NCBI GenBank assembly: GCA_037379345.1
Contig: CM074514.1
Coordinates: 29,698,001-29,762,000, forward strand
Direction: 5' to 3'
Origin: Perna viridis
Taxonomy: Eukaryota
DNA length: 64,000 nt
The position numbers and the translations under genes are program-made. This document shows positions 1 through 12,559 of the stretch, piece after piece. Each line of letters begins with the position of its first letter. Position 1 is the first letter of the stretch. The notes beneath the pieces are model-generated. The model saw only the letters and a list, made by a program, of their open reading frames with translations. It was not told the origin of the DNA and did not search any database.

Positions 1-1973
1 TCAGAATGCAGAAAAGATTGCTGCTATGTGAAAGAAGACTGAAAAAGCATCGTTGATTTGGTGCAATTTTCTACACCATGAATCACTTTACCATTGGCAG
101 TGTCTGAATTTTATGTGAACTAGTACTTAATACAGTAATTCAAACAGGCGCTTCCTGATGCGACTACGAAAATCAAACCCTGAATTTCAATTGATCAATT
201 TTCAATAACCCTTGGTTAACGAAACGGCGTAAATGTGTTCATGGTACTTAAATATTTTGAATTTTAAATAAAACATGTTCAGCTATCATAGCCGTATACA
301 CGGTAAAGTTCAGCTCATCAAAGAATTCCAAAAATTAAAATTGTGTATAAAACAAATAAAGAGCGTTTATTTTTAACTTAAAACCGGACCACAAATGGAA
401 AATGAAAGCACACCGTTAAAAGCAAATTTTTAAAATGTATATCAAAGAACTCCACAGTTCATTTTCTAAAAATCAAATGGAGTTTATAATTTGAGGCAAC
501 TTACAAACTGGAACTTAAATCAAAAATCTAAACACGCGGTTTTCAAGAATCGCCATGTCAAAGAACACCAAGAAACGAAGTTTTCTAAACAAACCTCGTT
601 CAAATTGATCTAGAAAAAAAAATAATTTTATTTAAAGTTTATTAAATGTTTGTTTGACCTCTTTTTTGGTACCTTATTTCTATAGAGATAAGGGCCATAA
701 CCATTTTAAATAAAACCGTCTAGTAAAATTATCAACTAATACTCAAACCAAATGCTTACGGAGGATGACGACAACAATGTCATTCCATTATATGACATAA
801 AAACTATTGTCTTGTCTGTATATATTTAACAATTCACAACTAATAATAGAAAGCTTATATAAGTCTCTTTACTACAATACACATATATAGTAGTAAATAA
901 AAAAATGACTACGACTACCAAAAACTATTTGCTATAAGTTAGATATCTTATACGAAATTTATGCACTTTTTATGCTATGGATTGGGTATAAATGAAATTC
1001 TGTCTTAAAATATGTTCAAGAAAAAAAGAAAATACTTCTCCAAACCGAAGAAGTTGTGAAATTTCAGTGATCAGTGTGAAAAGAAAAGAAAAGTTCTACA
1101 AAAACTTAAAAAAAAGACAGATGTCCTTGCATCATATCATGCTCATTATAAAACAGATATAAGAGAAAATTACAGCCAAATTTGTCTTTTTTTCTAAAAT
1201 TTCAAGTACAGCCAAAGTTTTTCAACAGTAAATACACAAAAAGTACACCTGTGTAAAAAATTACTTCAATGAAAAAAAACACAAACCGAAAACATATTAA
1301 TATATATTGCCATAACCAAATAGATCATGTGCGTTTTCATTACATCTAATTAGGCCAGGCTTGGTATACTAGGTTTATTTTCATATATAAATCTGGCCCT
1401 TTTATTGCTACAAGAAAGATTGATTATTGCAGCTCTTGTTATCCTTACAATGGCCGTGGGAATTTATTAATGTGAGTAAACTGACTGGCAAGAGATTTCT
1501 ACATGTCTGGAATTTCTTCACGACTCATTGATCTCACTCTCCTGTAGTTATGTATCTAAATATATAATACTAACGTAACAGAGCATGGTTTTCTCTTTAA
1601 ACCAAACTTTAAGTGTCAACATCTGTGTTGCGTGAACTCTATATGAACCTGTAATAGATGTGTATTGATCATTCTGACCTTGGGAGAAATGTAGTCAATT
1701 TAGAAAAAAAGGCATATAACACTCTAGAGCTAACACTGGTCTCAACAAGCAAATCGATAATTCTATTTGTATCGCTGAATTTCGAAATAAAATTGAAAAA
1801 TAAAGATATTATCTTATAATAAATTAATTTGAGATAAATACTGTAATCTAATTGGTTGAAATAATTTTGTTACATTTCAATGGATAAAAAAATATTGACA
1901 CATCCCTATTCAGTTAAATTCAGAGCCACTTTTCTCATGTTTAAAGAGAAAAATATGTTTTAAAATTAATTTA

Positions 1974-2130
1974 TAAGAATTGGCTACGAAAACAAAATTG
2001 TCTATTGAAAAATAACATAAATTTTCCATGTGCATATTTTGTTTATTGCACTTCGCGCAATAAACAATATGCACATGGAAAATTTATGTTATTTTTCAAT
2101 AGACAAAATTTTTATCATAGCCAATTCTTA
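1974..2130. repeat. Long near-perfect palindrome (fold-back/MITE-like element)
   Basis: Left arm taagaattggcta...tgtttattgc and right arm gcaataaaca...tagccaattctta are reverse complements over ~75 bp around a short acttcgc loop. Confidence 0.85.
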
Positions 2131-2556
2131 ATAGCAGGACCATCTAAGTTTTAAAAAATACAGAATATACGATTTACACTGTATAAATATTAGATTTCGT
2201 TGAATTCACCGGTCTATACTATGCACACAATAACTTTCTTCTGACAAAATATGGCTTTTAAATATAAAATTAGTGACAAACAAGCAATGACATGACGGAC
2301 AGTTTTACTATGGTGGATATATTCCACACACGAGATGAATATCGGAGAAATAAAAAAAATAAAATCGGACCTGCTTCATCTGTGTATTTTTAGGGCATAG
2401 ACCATTTTCCTACCATGGCTGGATTTCTTTTTGGTGATGAGAAGTTTTCATCACGCAAGGGCGAAATTATTTTGTTAAAGCAGCATACCGAGTTAGTTTT
2501 TTTTATATATATTGTTCAGAAACACCATATCCCACAGATAAAATGGTTGGTGCCTA

Positions 2557-3579
2557 TCAGTCAAGTAGAACGACCTTTGTCGCATCAATTCGAAGTTCTA
2601 AATTTATCTTCTTTCTAAAGCACAAACTTAGAAAAAAAACCTTAATTTTCTGACACTGCTTTCGAAATAACGGATCACCCATGTAATAAACAAAAATATT
2701 AATGACATTATTTACAAAGTAAGATCTTGCTAAAAGGGGTAAGATTCCCAGCACCCACGGACTTGGAGGTAATATATTGCCATGCTTTAATGTTCTAATG
2801 GCTTCCAAAGTTAGGTGAGGTATGAAGCTGATGATAAAAGCTAATGTTATCACAAAAAATAACTTCGTCACTCTATGTTTCGTTTGCTCTTTGCCGTTCT
2901 CTATTCTCAACAGCCGGTTCATTCTAAAATGGTCTCTTAATTCCCAAATAATCCGGGCATACAGAAATGTAAGAATGAAAAACACTATAGCAAAAATCAC
3001 AAGCATGGTAGTTGCCTGTATGAAAGGATATTCAGTGTCTCGAAGATCATCATCTGTCGAGCAGCCATACCCTGTAATGTTCCCAGGAAAATGCTCCACT
3101 TTATGGCCTTGTATTATCACATTCGCCCAAGAAAAAACAACAGCAACGACTATAGAAATTATACACAATATCCTGGCTGTTTTCAGAGACAGATTTTTAT
3201 TAAAAGGAAAGCAAATTTTTCTGTACCTTCCAACTGCCATTACTACAAGAACAAAGGCCGACCCTAGCTTGGCAATATTTCCTATCAATCGAGCAAATTT
3301 ACAGAAATTTTCACTGTAATACATCAGAGGAAGCGCATTGTCTGCAATTTCTGCAGGAATAGAAATGCAACATGCCGTTAAATCCAACGCGGCTAGAGTC
3401 AAAATATAGCACCGGAAATTATTTGGCTTATACACTAATCCAATGATGAGTAATATGATGACATTTCCAACAACTCCGATTACTCCTAAAATTGTCAGAT
3501 AAATTATAGTTGGAAGCCTCTGCATTGCCTCGGCGTCATTCCGGTCTTTAAGAGACACTATATCCTGTGAAATATTCAT
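2557..3579 (-). CDS. Intronless rhodopsin-like (class A) GPCR, orphan peptide-receptor-like (CCK/gastrin/orexin-receptor-like)
   Basis: 340-aa ORF with seven hydrophobic segments; TM1 GN (GVVGNVII), TM2 LAxxD (LAALDL), Cys at top of TM3, DRY-equivalent GRYRKIC, ECL2 Cys, TM6 FIISFIP, TM7 NNVINIFVY followed by helix-8 F-R. Confidence 0.92.
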   Translation of the reverse strand: MNISQDIVSLKDRNDAEAMQRLPTIIYLTILGVIGVVGNVIILLIIGLVYKPNNFRCYILTLAALDLTACCISIPAEIADNALPLMYYSENFCKFARLIGNIAKLGSAFVLVVMAVGRYRKICFPFNKNLSLKTARILCIISIVVAVVFSWANVIIQGHKVEHFPGNITGYGCSTDDDLRDTEYPFIQATTMLVIFAIVFFILTFLYARIIWELRDHFRMNRLLRIENGKEQTKHRVTKLFFVITLAFIISFIPHLTLEAIRTLKHGNILPPSPWVLGILPLLARSYFVNNVINIFVYYMGDPLFRKQCQKIKVFFLSLCFRKKINLELRIDATKVVLLD

Positions 3580-5709
3580 TTTCCAACGTTTAAATATTTA
3601 GAATTTTCACTTGAGTGTGTGTCAACTGAACATTGTGTTGTCACTGTCGAAGCTCTTAAAATCTTTTTTCTATATTAGCCGTATCATACAAACTAATATT
3701 TGCAAATAAATGATAAATCAATATCTTTTCACGCCTGTACAACTTAAGTTGTCTCGTGACAGTTGAAAACCGTGTACAAATCCAACTTATACTTCTTGCT
3801 TATCCACAAAATAGGTCAAACGTCAGCATTTCTTTGTTCTCCAGGATGATTCGAGGATTTGTGATCAGCTGTGACCAAGGTCTTTAAATAGCAAGGGGAA
3901 TCACCAAGGTTGTATGTGATCAAGCCAAAGTACTATCAATTGGCTAGAAGTCCAATATCAGCGAATTTACTTAAGCTTTGTTTATACTTTGCTTACGGCT
4001 TCGCCAACAACCTGGTTAACAAGATACATTTCAAATGTCACATGCAATCATTTGCGGTAAACACATTTAACGTTATTTGCTATCGTCTTTTCCAGATGTT
4101 AAAATGTTTCTAGAATGAAATAGCCTCATAATTAACCATGTCTGGAATTACTTTTATAATGAGGAAGTTCTTGACCTCAGACACTTTGTGTAACAGTACT
4201 CGTATACATATTCTGAACCGAAAAGGTAAAACAAAGTTCATGTTGGTCACAACTTTATATAGAGTTCAATGTCACATAGGATTTTATCTCTAAGTAAATA
4301 TACACGTCTCAAGGAGAATCTTACAGGTTTTATACTTATGTATATTGTTTTATGTGTAAACTTTGAATATAACACATATCAGTGTGTCCCAGTAATGGTT
4401 CAATGATCAAAATGGTCATGATTTCCATAGTGGTCATGTAGTACCGTGTCAAATTTCATTAATATGGATAGGTTAAAGTTATTATAGGGCAAATGTTATT
4501 AGGTATAATCACGTAGCTATGAATCATTTGAATTTAACTGGTCACAGACTAAGTCCAACTTTAAAAATAGTCTGTTTCCCGACCCAGCTAGTAACTCAGC
4601 TTCCCGACTCACCTTGGGATCAACACTCATCAACTCGAATATTTCTAGGTAACTGGATTCCTTCCATTTACAAATCAATTTTTAACCAAAACTTAAAACA
4701 CTAATAATTCCATATTTCTCTCATTTTTATGTACCATAACCAAAACCAAGACAAAAGGATGCCTTCAGCGTTCATCCAAACTTCGAAGTCCTTGTGGAAT
4801 AACAAAATTGTGTCGAGGAGCTGCGTTACGAATACGAATACGATTACGAATACAAAAACTTTATTTAGATTCGGTACAAGTAATTACCGACAATTAACAT
4901 ATACTGCATTATTGTTGCTAGACTATTACCGGATTATACTCACTGGCAATATGAGTGCCACTGGCGGAGCAGGACACCGAAGCACCTGATGCCACTCTCT
5001 CCCGTTTTTTTTTCTCATATTGCTAGTGCTTTAGTTTTTTGTGTTATGTCTTGTTTTCCTTGTTTTCAGTTTTTATATACATGTTACATTATGTACTTGT
5101 GTTACATTAATCTATTTTATTTGGTGCGCTACACTGTGTGTGTACAGATCGCCTGTGTTTACAGTGTTCTTGTTCAGGCCATGCCATGTTTTAAATATTA
5201 TCTCACTCCCGACGATTCGATATTTTTTCCGCTATTTATTGCAAGTAGATAAGAATGGCAAATTTCATTTGGAAAAACTCACCCTTAGCGATCTACATTT
5301 ACTGTTAGCTACTTGTAAGGGACCACTAAGTAAAATTTGTTTATTATCGCAAATCATATTGATATATATTTTATCAATTCGCAAATGCTTGTAAATGATA
5401 TTAGAAAATTCGAACTTTTAAAATAGATCAATGCATTTCAAGCCAGAGCTTTTGAAAACTAAGAAATTAATCATTCTCACATGTCAGAAATTCAGAAATC
5501 AGAAACATAAAAAGTATTAAAATAATTAAAATAACGAGAATGTTTGGAGGAAGAAGAAACAAAATTAAATAAGATCTTATATAACATTCACGTTTGTTGC
5601 ACCTAAAATCTGCTTAGAAATTGCTCCCATTAGAGATGGAATATTCTCACAATGTCAGGGTTTCTGTGTCCACTTGTGTCCACCTGCGTCCTACGTACAC
5701 AAATATGAC

Positions 5710-5845
5710 GAGAATGGGTATAGTGAATATGTCTAAGAGACAACAATACCACCGGATGAAAATGTCAACCTAAGGCCAACCATTGGCCTTCAATGAACGA
5801 GGAAACCCTCACACTACAGGACAGGCTGCAGCTGACCCTTAAACA
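5710..5845 (+). repeat. Dispersed short repeat; related copies at ~43470-43600 (-), ~44430-44570 (-), ~60570-60670 (+)
   Basis: Shared motifs gagacaacaa...aaggcca.c.atgg.tcttcaatga...gcagctg recur at these positions. Confidence 0.55.
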
Positions 5846-6519
5846 TCATTATATATAGATATAGCGAAAGAGTTGCTCCTATATACTCACGTGACATAAA
5901 AATAAATTCTATTGTAAGGTAAGCCATATTTCTATGTTAAATTACAATTATCCTATAACACGAGTTCAAAGAAACAAAAATGCACTAACCATGAAATATT
6001 ATCTGGTAATATATAGAGGTAAACATAGTTAAGATTGCTAATTTATATTAGAGTCTTTCAATATTTGTGCTTTCCTGCCTGAGTACACGTTTTATCTAGT
6101 TTACTCTACCATTATACAGTTAAAATGTCCATCTAAAGTGCAAATATACAAGTTATTTAACATGTGCATATATTCCTAATAAAACTTATTGATACATGAT
6201 ATATGTCTGCGAGTTTAACACCATACCGCGAAATCGTCTAAACTTATACGTTATATACGTTAAAAGTGTACTGCAAAATCAATTGCACTGAACTTTCGGC
6301 ACTGGGGATTTGCTTCCCCTGAGCGGTATCTGAAAGATGTTTTTTTTTACCTGAGAAACTATGGTTGGCTTAAACTTATGATAGATCATCCCATTCCATC
6401 GCTCATTATGCAAAGCTCAACTCAATGCAATCATGAAGATCCGGCGCGAAAAAAAAGTTTGTTCAAAATTAACTCCAAAGCATTTGTTTGTTTCCATTTC
6501 TAAACCAAGTGTACCACCC

Positions 6520-9500
6520 AACCCCTGGTAAGTATTTATTCAATAAAATTAATTTTACTTTAAAATTTAAAACTGTATATGCCTACTACCGAGAAAATCA
6601 GAAAAAAACGTATAGCTGAATTCCCTTGATAAGAAGAGGCTGGTGGAAAATTTATTCCCTGAGTGGCTACTACATGTATATGTCCAAAAGATTAAAGCTA
6701 TCAACATGAGTAGCTATAGAACGTAGGTAGTGATTAATAAAAGAATTATGACAATGCCAAAAACCTGCAAATAAAACATCTGAAATTGAAGCTGACTTAA
6801 AAAGGTAGACCTAGGGTTAGGGACATAACTAAAATCAGTGTTATGTTTGTATCATTTCAATTTCACCAAAACCTTTCAAGCTTTCCTTTGAAACAGAATG
6901 AAATCAGTCCAAGTTACTTGGTGCTTACATGAGATTGATGTAAAATTAACAATACAAACGTTCTAATGATTTGTAAGAGTTGTGTCCCTTATTCTAGGTC
7001 TACCCCCTTAAACAGAGCGAAAGAAGAGGATAATGCTCTTACTTAATGAGCTTTCACATAATTCGGTGCCAAAGTATGAATATCAGACACTTCATAAGCT
7101 AAACGAATAGTGTAAACTAGCCATAAAAATAGATTTAGCGGAAAAATTCTGAATATCTAATCATATAGACAAGAACCTTTGCTGGGAAGCTGATTTTTAC
7201 CCCAAAAGGAGATATGTTTACAAAGTAACGGAGTACTGATGTCTGTTATGACGCTGACAAGCTTCTTAGTAGAAAATGCGTGTACTTCACTTCTCCTTCT
7301 ACCTGGACTAAGGTAGCAATATTTGTAAGTAACAAATTTTAAATCTATCTCAGATGCAGGTTCAAATGTTTTAGAGCAGACAGAACCAAACCATGATTCC
7401 AATGAGGAATCATTTTTTTTCTGTCTTGGTCTTTCAATATCAACATTTCTCAACAAATTCTTCAAATGATCATTGTTAGAGAAATCAGGTCTACGTGATA
7501 TAGCAGATTTGTAACCCTTAATGGTGGATGGAACCAAATTCTTTTCAGAAAAACAAGAAAATCTGCTAATTGGGTCAATTTCCCGCCTTGAACACCAATC
7601 ACTGAAGATTGACCACCTAGCATCATAGACGGTCTCTAGACTGTCTGACAGCCTAAGAGATTTGTCTGGATGCTCCTTCATAAAAGTCTTTCTGACGGAG
7701 GCCTTTCCGCAAAGTATCCATGCGTGATGATGCAGGTTTTCCGGATGAGGATGCAGAATTCTTTCTTACTACTCAGACAACAAATTTGATCACAGCGGAA
7801 GGAGTAGATTTGTAAAAGGCAGTTACAGAAGATCTGTGAACTGTCCTGGCCAAGCTGCAGCAATAAGAACGATCCGACAAGACTCCCGATTGATCTTTTG
7901 AAGAACATAGGAGAGGAAGCTGAACGGCGGAAATGCGTAGGCAAACATTTAGTTCCAAGAGAGAGATGTTTCTTCGAAGGCAAAGCCTTGTGGATCTGGT
8001 ATTGGAGACACAAAAGTTGGGTCTGTGGTTCAGTGAAGTACAAAACATGTCTTTGTGAGGACGACCCGACTGTATGCAATGAGAATTGAAATGAAAATTC
8101 CCATATGAAGCTCCCATTCTGTAGACAGGAGCTGACGACCTCGATAGGCTGTCTGCCAAAGTAGAAGAATTTCTGTGTACAGAGAAAATAGTGAGTGCCT
8201 CCCCGAATTTGGATAAGCTACAACTGTTGGGTTGTCTGAAGCTAGAATCACACATTTGTGAGATAGATCCTACTTGAAGTGAAATAAAGCATGAAGTGCT
8301 GCTCTCATCTCTAACAGGTTGATGTGTTCCTGCATTTGACCAGGAGGCCATAGGCCTGAAAAAGTTTTTCCATCGAGAAAAGTTCAAAAGCCCAGACATG
8401 ATGTATATGTGTATAATCCTAAGAGCATGGGGTCCAGTGTTTCAAAATATGAATATATGAGGCATCAAAACCAGGGAACTTAAAGTTATTAGAAGAAGGA
8501 ACGTCAACCAATGATTCATCCAGCTTGTCCTTCACTACCTGAAGTGCTGATAGAACGTGTTGAGATTCAGGACAGGACTTATAAGAAGTTATGGATTCCT
8601 TAGAAAGACCACAAGAAGCCTCAAAAGAATAAATATTCTTCTTAACTCTAGGAGGAGAAAGTAAATTAATCTGGGTCTTTTCTCTCGAACTCTATCCTTC
8701 AAACCATCCTTAGATTGAGTTTGTTCTTCAAACCCAATAAAACTAAAACTCTTCTAAGAAGTAGAAACTACAACACTAAGCGGACGTAAATTTTTATCTT
8801 GGGAAAAACCCTCCTTGTCAGAGCCCGGAGCAAACGGAACCTTTTCTCCCCAGGAACTTCATCAGATTAAAAGGAATGAAGATACATCTCAGCATTAGAA
8901 GAAGTGGACTTAGATTCCAAAGCTTCAAGTCTGGAAGAAAAAAAACTCTGAAAATTGAGTAGAAAAAGACTGCTTAAATTAATTAAAGAGTCCCTTAACT
9001 TCAGAATGTACCACTTTTTTGAGAAGGGCCAACAGTAGTTGTATATGCAACACTGCAACAGGGGATGTTACTAGGAACATGACAGGTGGTGTTGCACGAG
9101 TAGGTTGCATATAGGGGCCACCTGGAAATTCCGTAAAAAGGATAAGGCATAGTCCAAGAAGGTTGAGGCCACCTAGAGACTGAACCTGGAGGTGTACAAA
9201 CAAATGGATTACCTTATGAAGTACCCTCCTGTACAACCTTGAGCCAAGTTAAATTATTTTGTGTCATACCTGTAGATACCATAGTGCCGTCTATAAGCGT
9301 TTAATTGATTGTATGAGTAACTTCAACTGAGGATGAAACATGGATTGAAGACCTAATTGGAACTCGTCCGAGTATAGCTTATTGCTCAAGCTTAGTACAG
9401 GAGTCATAGGCACTAGGAACTAGGAAGGTGTTAATACCTACCCCAAGAGGGTTAAAAACTGAATCATTTCACAGGGCGTCGTCCCAAGTAATCGGATGGG

Positions 9501-9700
9501 TTCATCCAAATCCATAATGTAACAAGTCTCAATGTACAATAAAGGGTCTCGAAAGTGATATAAACTATGTAAAATATTACAATGTACTAACAGTTGTACA
9601 AAACAATAAATATAGAAACAAATTATAACAACTAAAAAATGTTATCTCAGCTTAGGTCTAGTCTGCAAAAGCAAGAAATGTGGAACTTCTCGGCCCACAG
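6520..9700 (-). mobile_element. Decayed DIRS-type tyrosine-recombinase retrotransposon
   Basis: Frameshifted minus-strand ORFs: YR N-terminus (VYDARWSIFSDWC...STIKGYKSAISR...GRRRSEVHA, 7157-7681) and RNase H motifs (SDNPTVVAY, LADSLSR, EWEL; 7773-8399); low-complexity gag-like region ~8560-9500; terminal-repeat-like block ggtaagtatttattcaataaaattaattttactttaaaattt at ~6527. Boundaries approximate. Confidence 0.8.
6801..7007. mobile_element. MITE with ~30-bp TIRs and TTAA target site (Kolobok/piggyBac-type), nested in the DIRS remnant
   Basis: TTAA 6797-6800, aaaggtagacctagggttagggacataact ... agttgtgtcccttattctaggtctaccccc, TTAA 7008-7011. Confidence 0.8.
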
Positions 9701-10309
9701 AAAAATCGTTATAAATCTATGATATATGCATAGATATATAGCTTCCGTAGTTAAATGTAATGTAAGAATGAACACGTTTCATCAATGAATGTCCTATATT
9801 TTGACTTTGTGGCATCTTAAATTTATTACACACAACAGGTACGTGCGATGCCAAGAAAACATTGGTCAATGTGCTATCATCACTGGATGTATGGCTGAGG
9901 GATAAACATGTGCTTGTTTATGCTGTTTATAAGTTATCATAAATCAAACACAAAATTATATTGATAATGACTACTTCGTAAACACAAAAAGTTCAATAAC
10001 ACACGCAATTGACCTATCGAGTAAAGTTTCACTTAAGAAAACCACCATCTCTATAATACTAGAAGATGAACATGTCGGTACTGAATTTAAAATGGCTTCT
10101 CTTACTACTGACAAAATATTATATAATATTCAGTTTGTTATCATGGATGGTAAAACTGAGTGTAGCAAAATGAAGTAAATGCATTCAACCTATTTGACGC
10201 TTAATACGAAAGACTTCGGTTTATGCAAAGTTTCGTATTTCTTTGTGAGTTTCGGTTACATTTTATTCAAAGTGTCTAGCTTTGACTATGAAATATGCAG
10301 CTGGAATGT

Positions 10310-10630
10310 TTGAAGTTATCACTACAGCACGTTTATGTTCGTCATCATGAATTCGTTGATTGTTACCGTATAGCCGTCTGCACCATGAATACCCATTTGT
10401 TCACTGTGTCATATTTTCTTTTCCTCTTTCGTTACCCCAGACTTGACGAGTGCCCATGCTCCCAGTTTTTGGTAGAATTCGATTTGCTCATTTGCTTTTA
10501 TTTCTCTGTACATGTTAGTTTGATGATTTCATGTTCTTTGCAGAGTGTGTCTTTTCCTGTCTTGTGTTCTGCTCGAAGCTTGGTTACCTTGAATACTCTT
10601 TCGATCAGCGCAACTTTAATTTTATGATTT
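10310..10630 (+). mobile_element. Penelope-like element (Naiad-type) 3' remnant
   Basis: Translates to LKLSLQHVYVRHHEFVDCY (RT C-terminus LKSSLxKFYGRHHELVDRY), followed by the 3' module shared with other copies in the window. Confidence 0.7.
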
Positions 10631-10988
10631 CTCTTTTTAGTGTTCTGCCGTGTATTAAAACATCCGGACTCCTTCTGTTTATAGTTACTTATCGATGGCA
10701 TACTATACCAATTTACAGAATATGCAGTCAGTCTTTGTCAACATAAGCAATATTCTATCATGAATAAACCATTTTCTCAGAAGTACGGTATCCGATACCC
10801 TAAATTTTTAAGTCCCTAATATATTTGGGACAATATTTTATTACAAAACGAAAACGAAAACACACAAAACCAAATTATTAAACAATACGATATATCACAA
10901 TAATATAAAACGAAAATAGTCTGTGGACTTTTCTTGTCATTATTCATTTCTCGATTTGGAATTTGTTTTTTCAATCCTCAACCCCTAT

Positions 10989-11205
10989 GAGCAGATTTAT
11001 TCCTTTCCTCGAGCACTATCTTGAGCAGATTTGTTTCTTTCCTCGAGCACTATGTTGAGCAGATTTGTTCCTTTCCTCGACCACTATATTGAGCAGATTT
11101 CCTTTCCTCGACCATTATGGTGAGCAGATGTGTATCTTTCTTCTACTGCTATGGTGAGAAGATATGTTCCAATCCTCGACAATTTTGGTGTTCAGATTTG
11201 TTCCA
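10989..11205. repeat. 34-bp minisatellite, ~6 units
   Basis: gagcagatttgttcctttcctcgagcactatgtt starts at 10989, 11023, 11057, 11091 and then decays. Confidence 0.85.
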
Positions 11206-12139
11206 TTACTCACATTTCTCTTCTTTCGTTTTCTAAAAAAATCTTTGTTGTTTGTAATTAATACTTGTTACGACTTAGTTATTTAAGTCAGATATTTGAA
11301 TATCGCTGTTACTAGTGTAACAAAATACCACACATGCACAGTTTGGATATTCTCTGAGAGTTTGTCCACAGTATTGAAAGTAATGTAATTTTTGTATTTA
11401 TCATAAACCGGTTTCAGCTCACAACTGATCAAAAAGATATTTATATATTTTGTTTATGGAGCGAATGAAACTTCATAGCAATACTTTATAATAATATATC
11501 AAAAGTAACATAAAAGGTATATAATATAGAGTGAATTTGGGTAGATGGACTTGTTTTACTGGATGTGATTTAAATCATGGATAAATACTGTTATCGTCAA
11601 TACTATATTTTCATTGTTATTGTAGATTGTATCGAATATATTTTGAAATGTAAATGTACTTATCGCAAATGTTAGGTTTTCAAACCTACAGATATTATTG
11701 CCACATTATATTTTTGTTCATATTTTGCATCAAGAACGGAATCGGAAAAGAAAACCAGGGCATTTGGCCCTACAATTGATAAGGCATGTTAGATGTTTCG
11801 AAATTCAAACCAAAAGAAATTAAACAGCATTTTCACTTTTGATATTTAATCTTAAAAATTCTGGTATATTCAGCATACATTTACAGGCAATAATCACACA
11901 TATCTCACATATGTATTTTTTACACAAAAAGTACATGTTAATAGTATTGTCACATGTGTGATTCATTCCTACCATATGGAAAATTTTACAAATTTCAAGA
12001 CAAATTTTGGCAAAAATAAACCAAAAATTGTTCTGAAACCCTCTATCTAAATTGCTGAATTTGCCCCTGTGTTATAGTTGTCTTAACCATACTTACAAAA
12101 TCAAAATTTCTGCTGGATTGGCTTCGCTTCTTATTTCAA

Positions 12140-12310
12140 TCTTTTTTTTTTTGTTTTGAGTGCTTTCTTGTATAAACTTAATCTATGTTTTTTAAAATTT
12201 CTCAGCTATTCGGTTATCATGCTGTTGATGAGAGTTTTCTCCTTTAAACACATGTATAGCATCACGAAATTCGCAATATTAACATGATTCGTATTTTTAT
12301 ATTTCCAAAC
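12140..12310 (+). mobile_element. Degenerate hammerhead-containing retrozyme-like repeat unit
   Basis: atgctg-ttgatga-...-aaac...gta-tagcat at 12219-12262; flanks align with the units at 13415-13870. Confidence 0.55.
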
Positions 12311-12559
12311 CTATGAATACTGAAAAAAATGAATTCAACACTAACCTATTGAACAGTTATAAATTATGCCTTGCAGATGTCATTGACCAGTGTTTTTTAA
12401 TTACACGTCGTTGATCTTTTATTATATACGCGTATGTCAAATATCGTGGTGCAAATATTTAGATACCATTTATCTACAGGTACTTAAATAAATACTATAA
12501 ATATTGATTATCGTCATTGAATCCTCTGCAAGATTAGCGTTGATCTGACAAGAAGTGCT

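Noticed and set aside
2822-3319. 165-aa plus-strand ORF
   Set aside because: Antisense shadow of the GPCR; no recognisable domain.
10989-11205. CRISPR-like array (also considered for 48300-48680)
   Set aside because: Contiguous tandem units without unique spacers, eukaryotic context, no cas genes.
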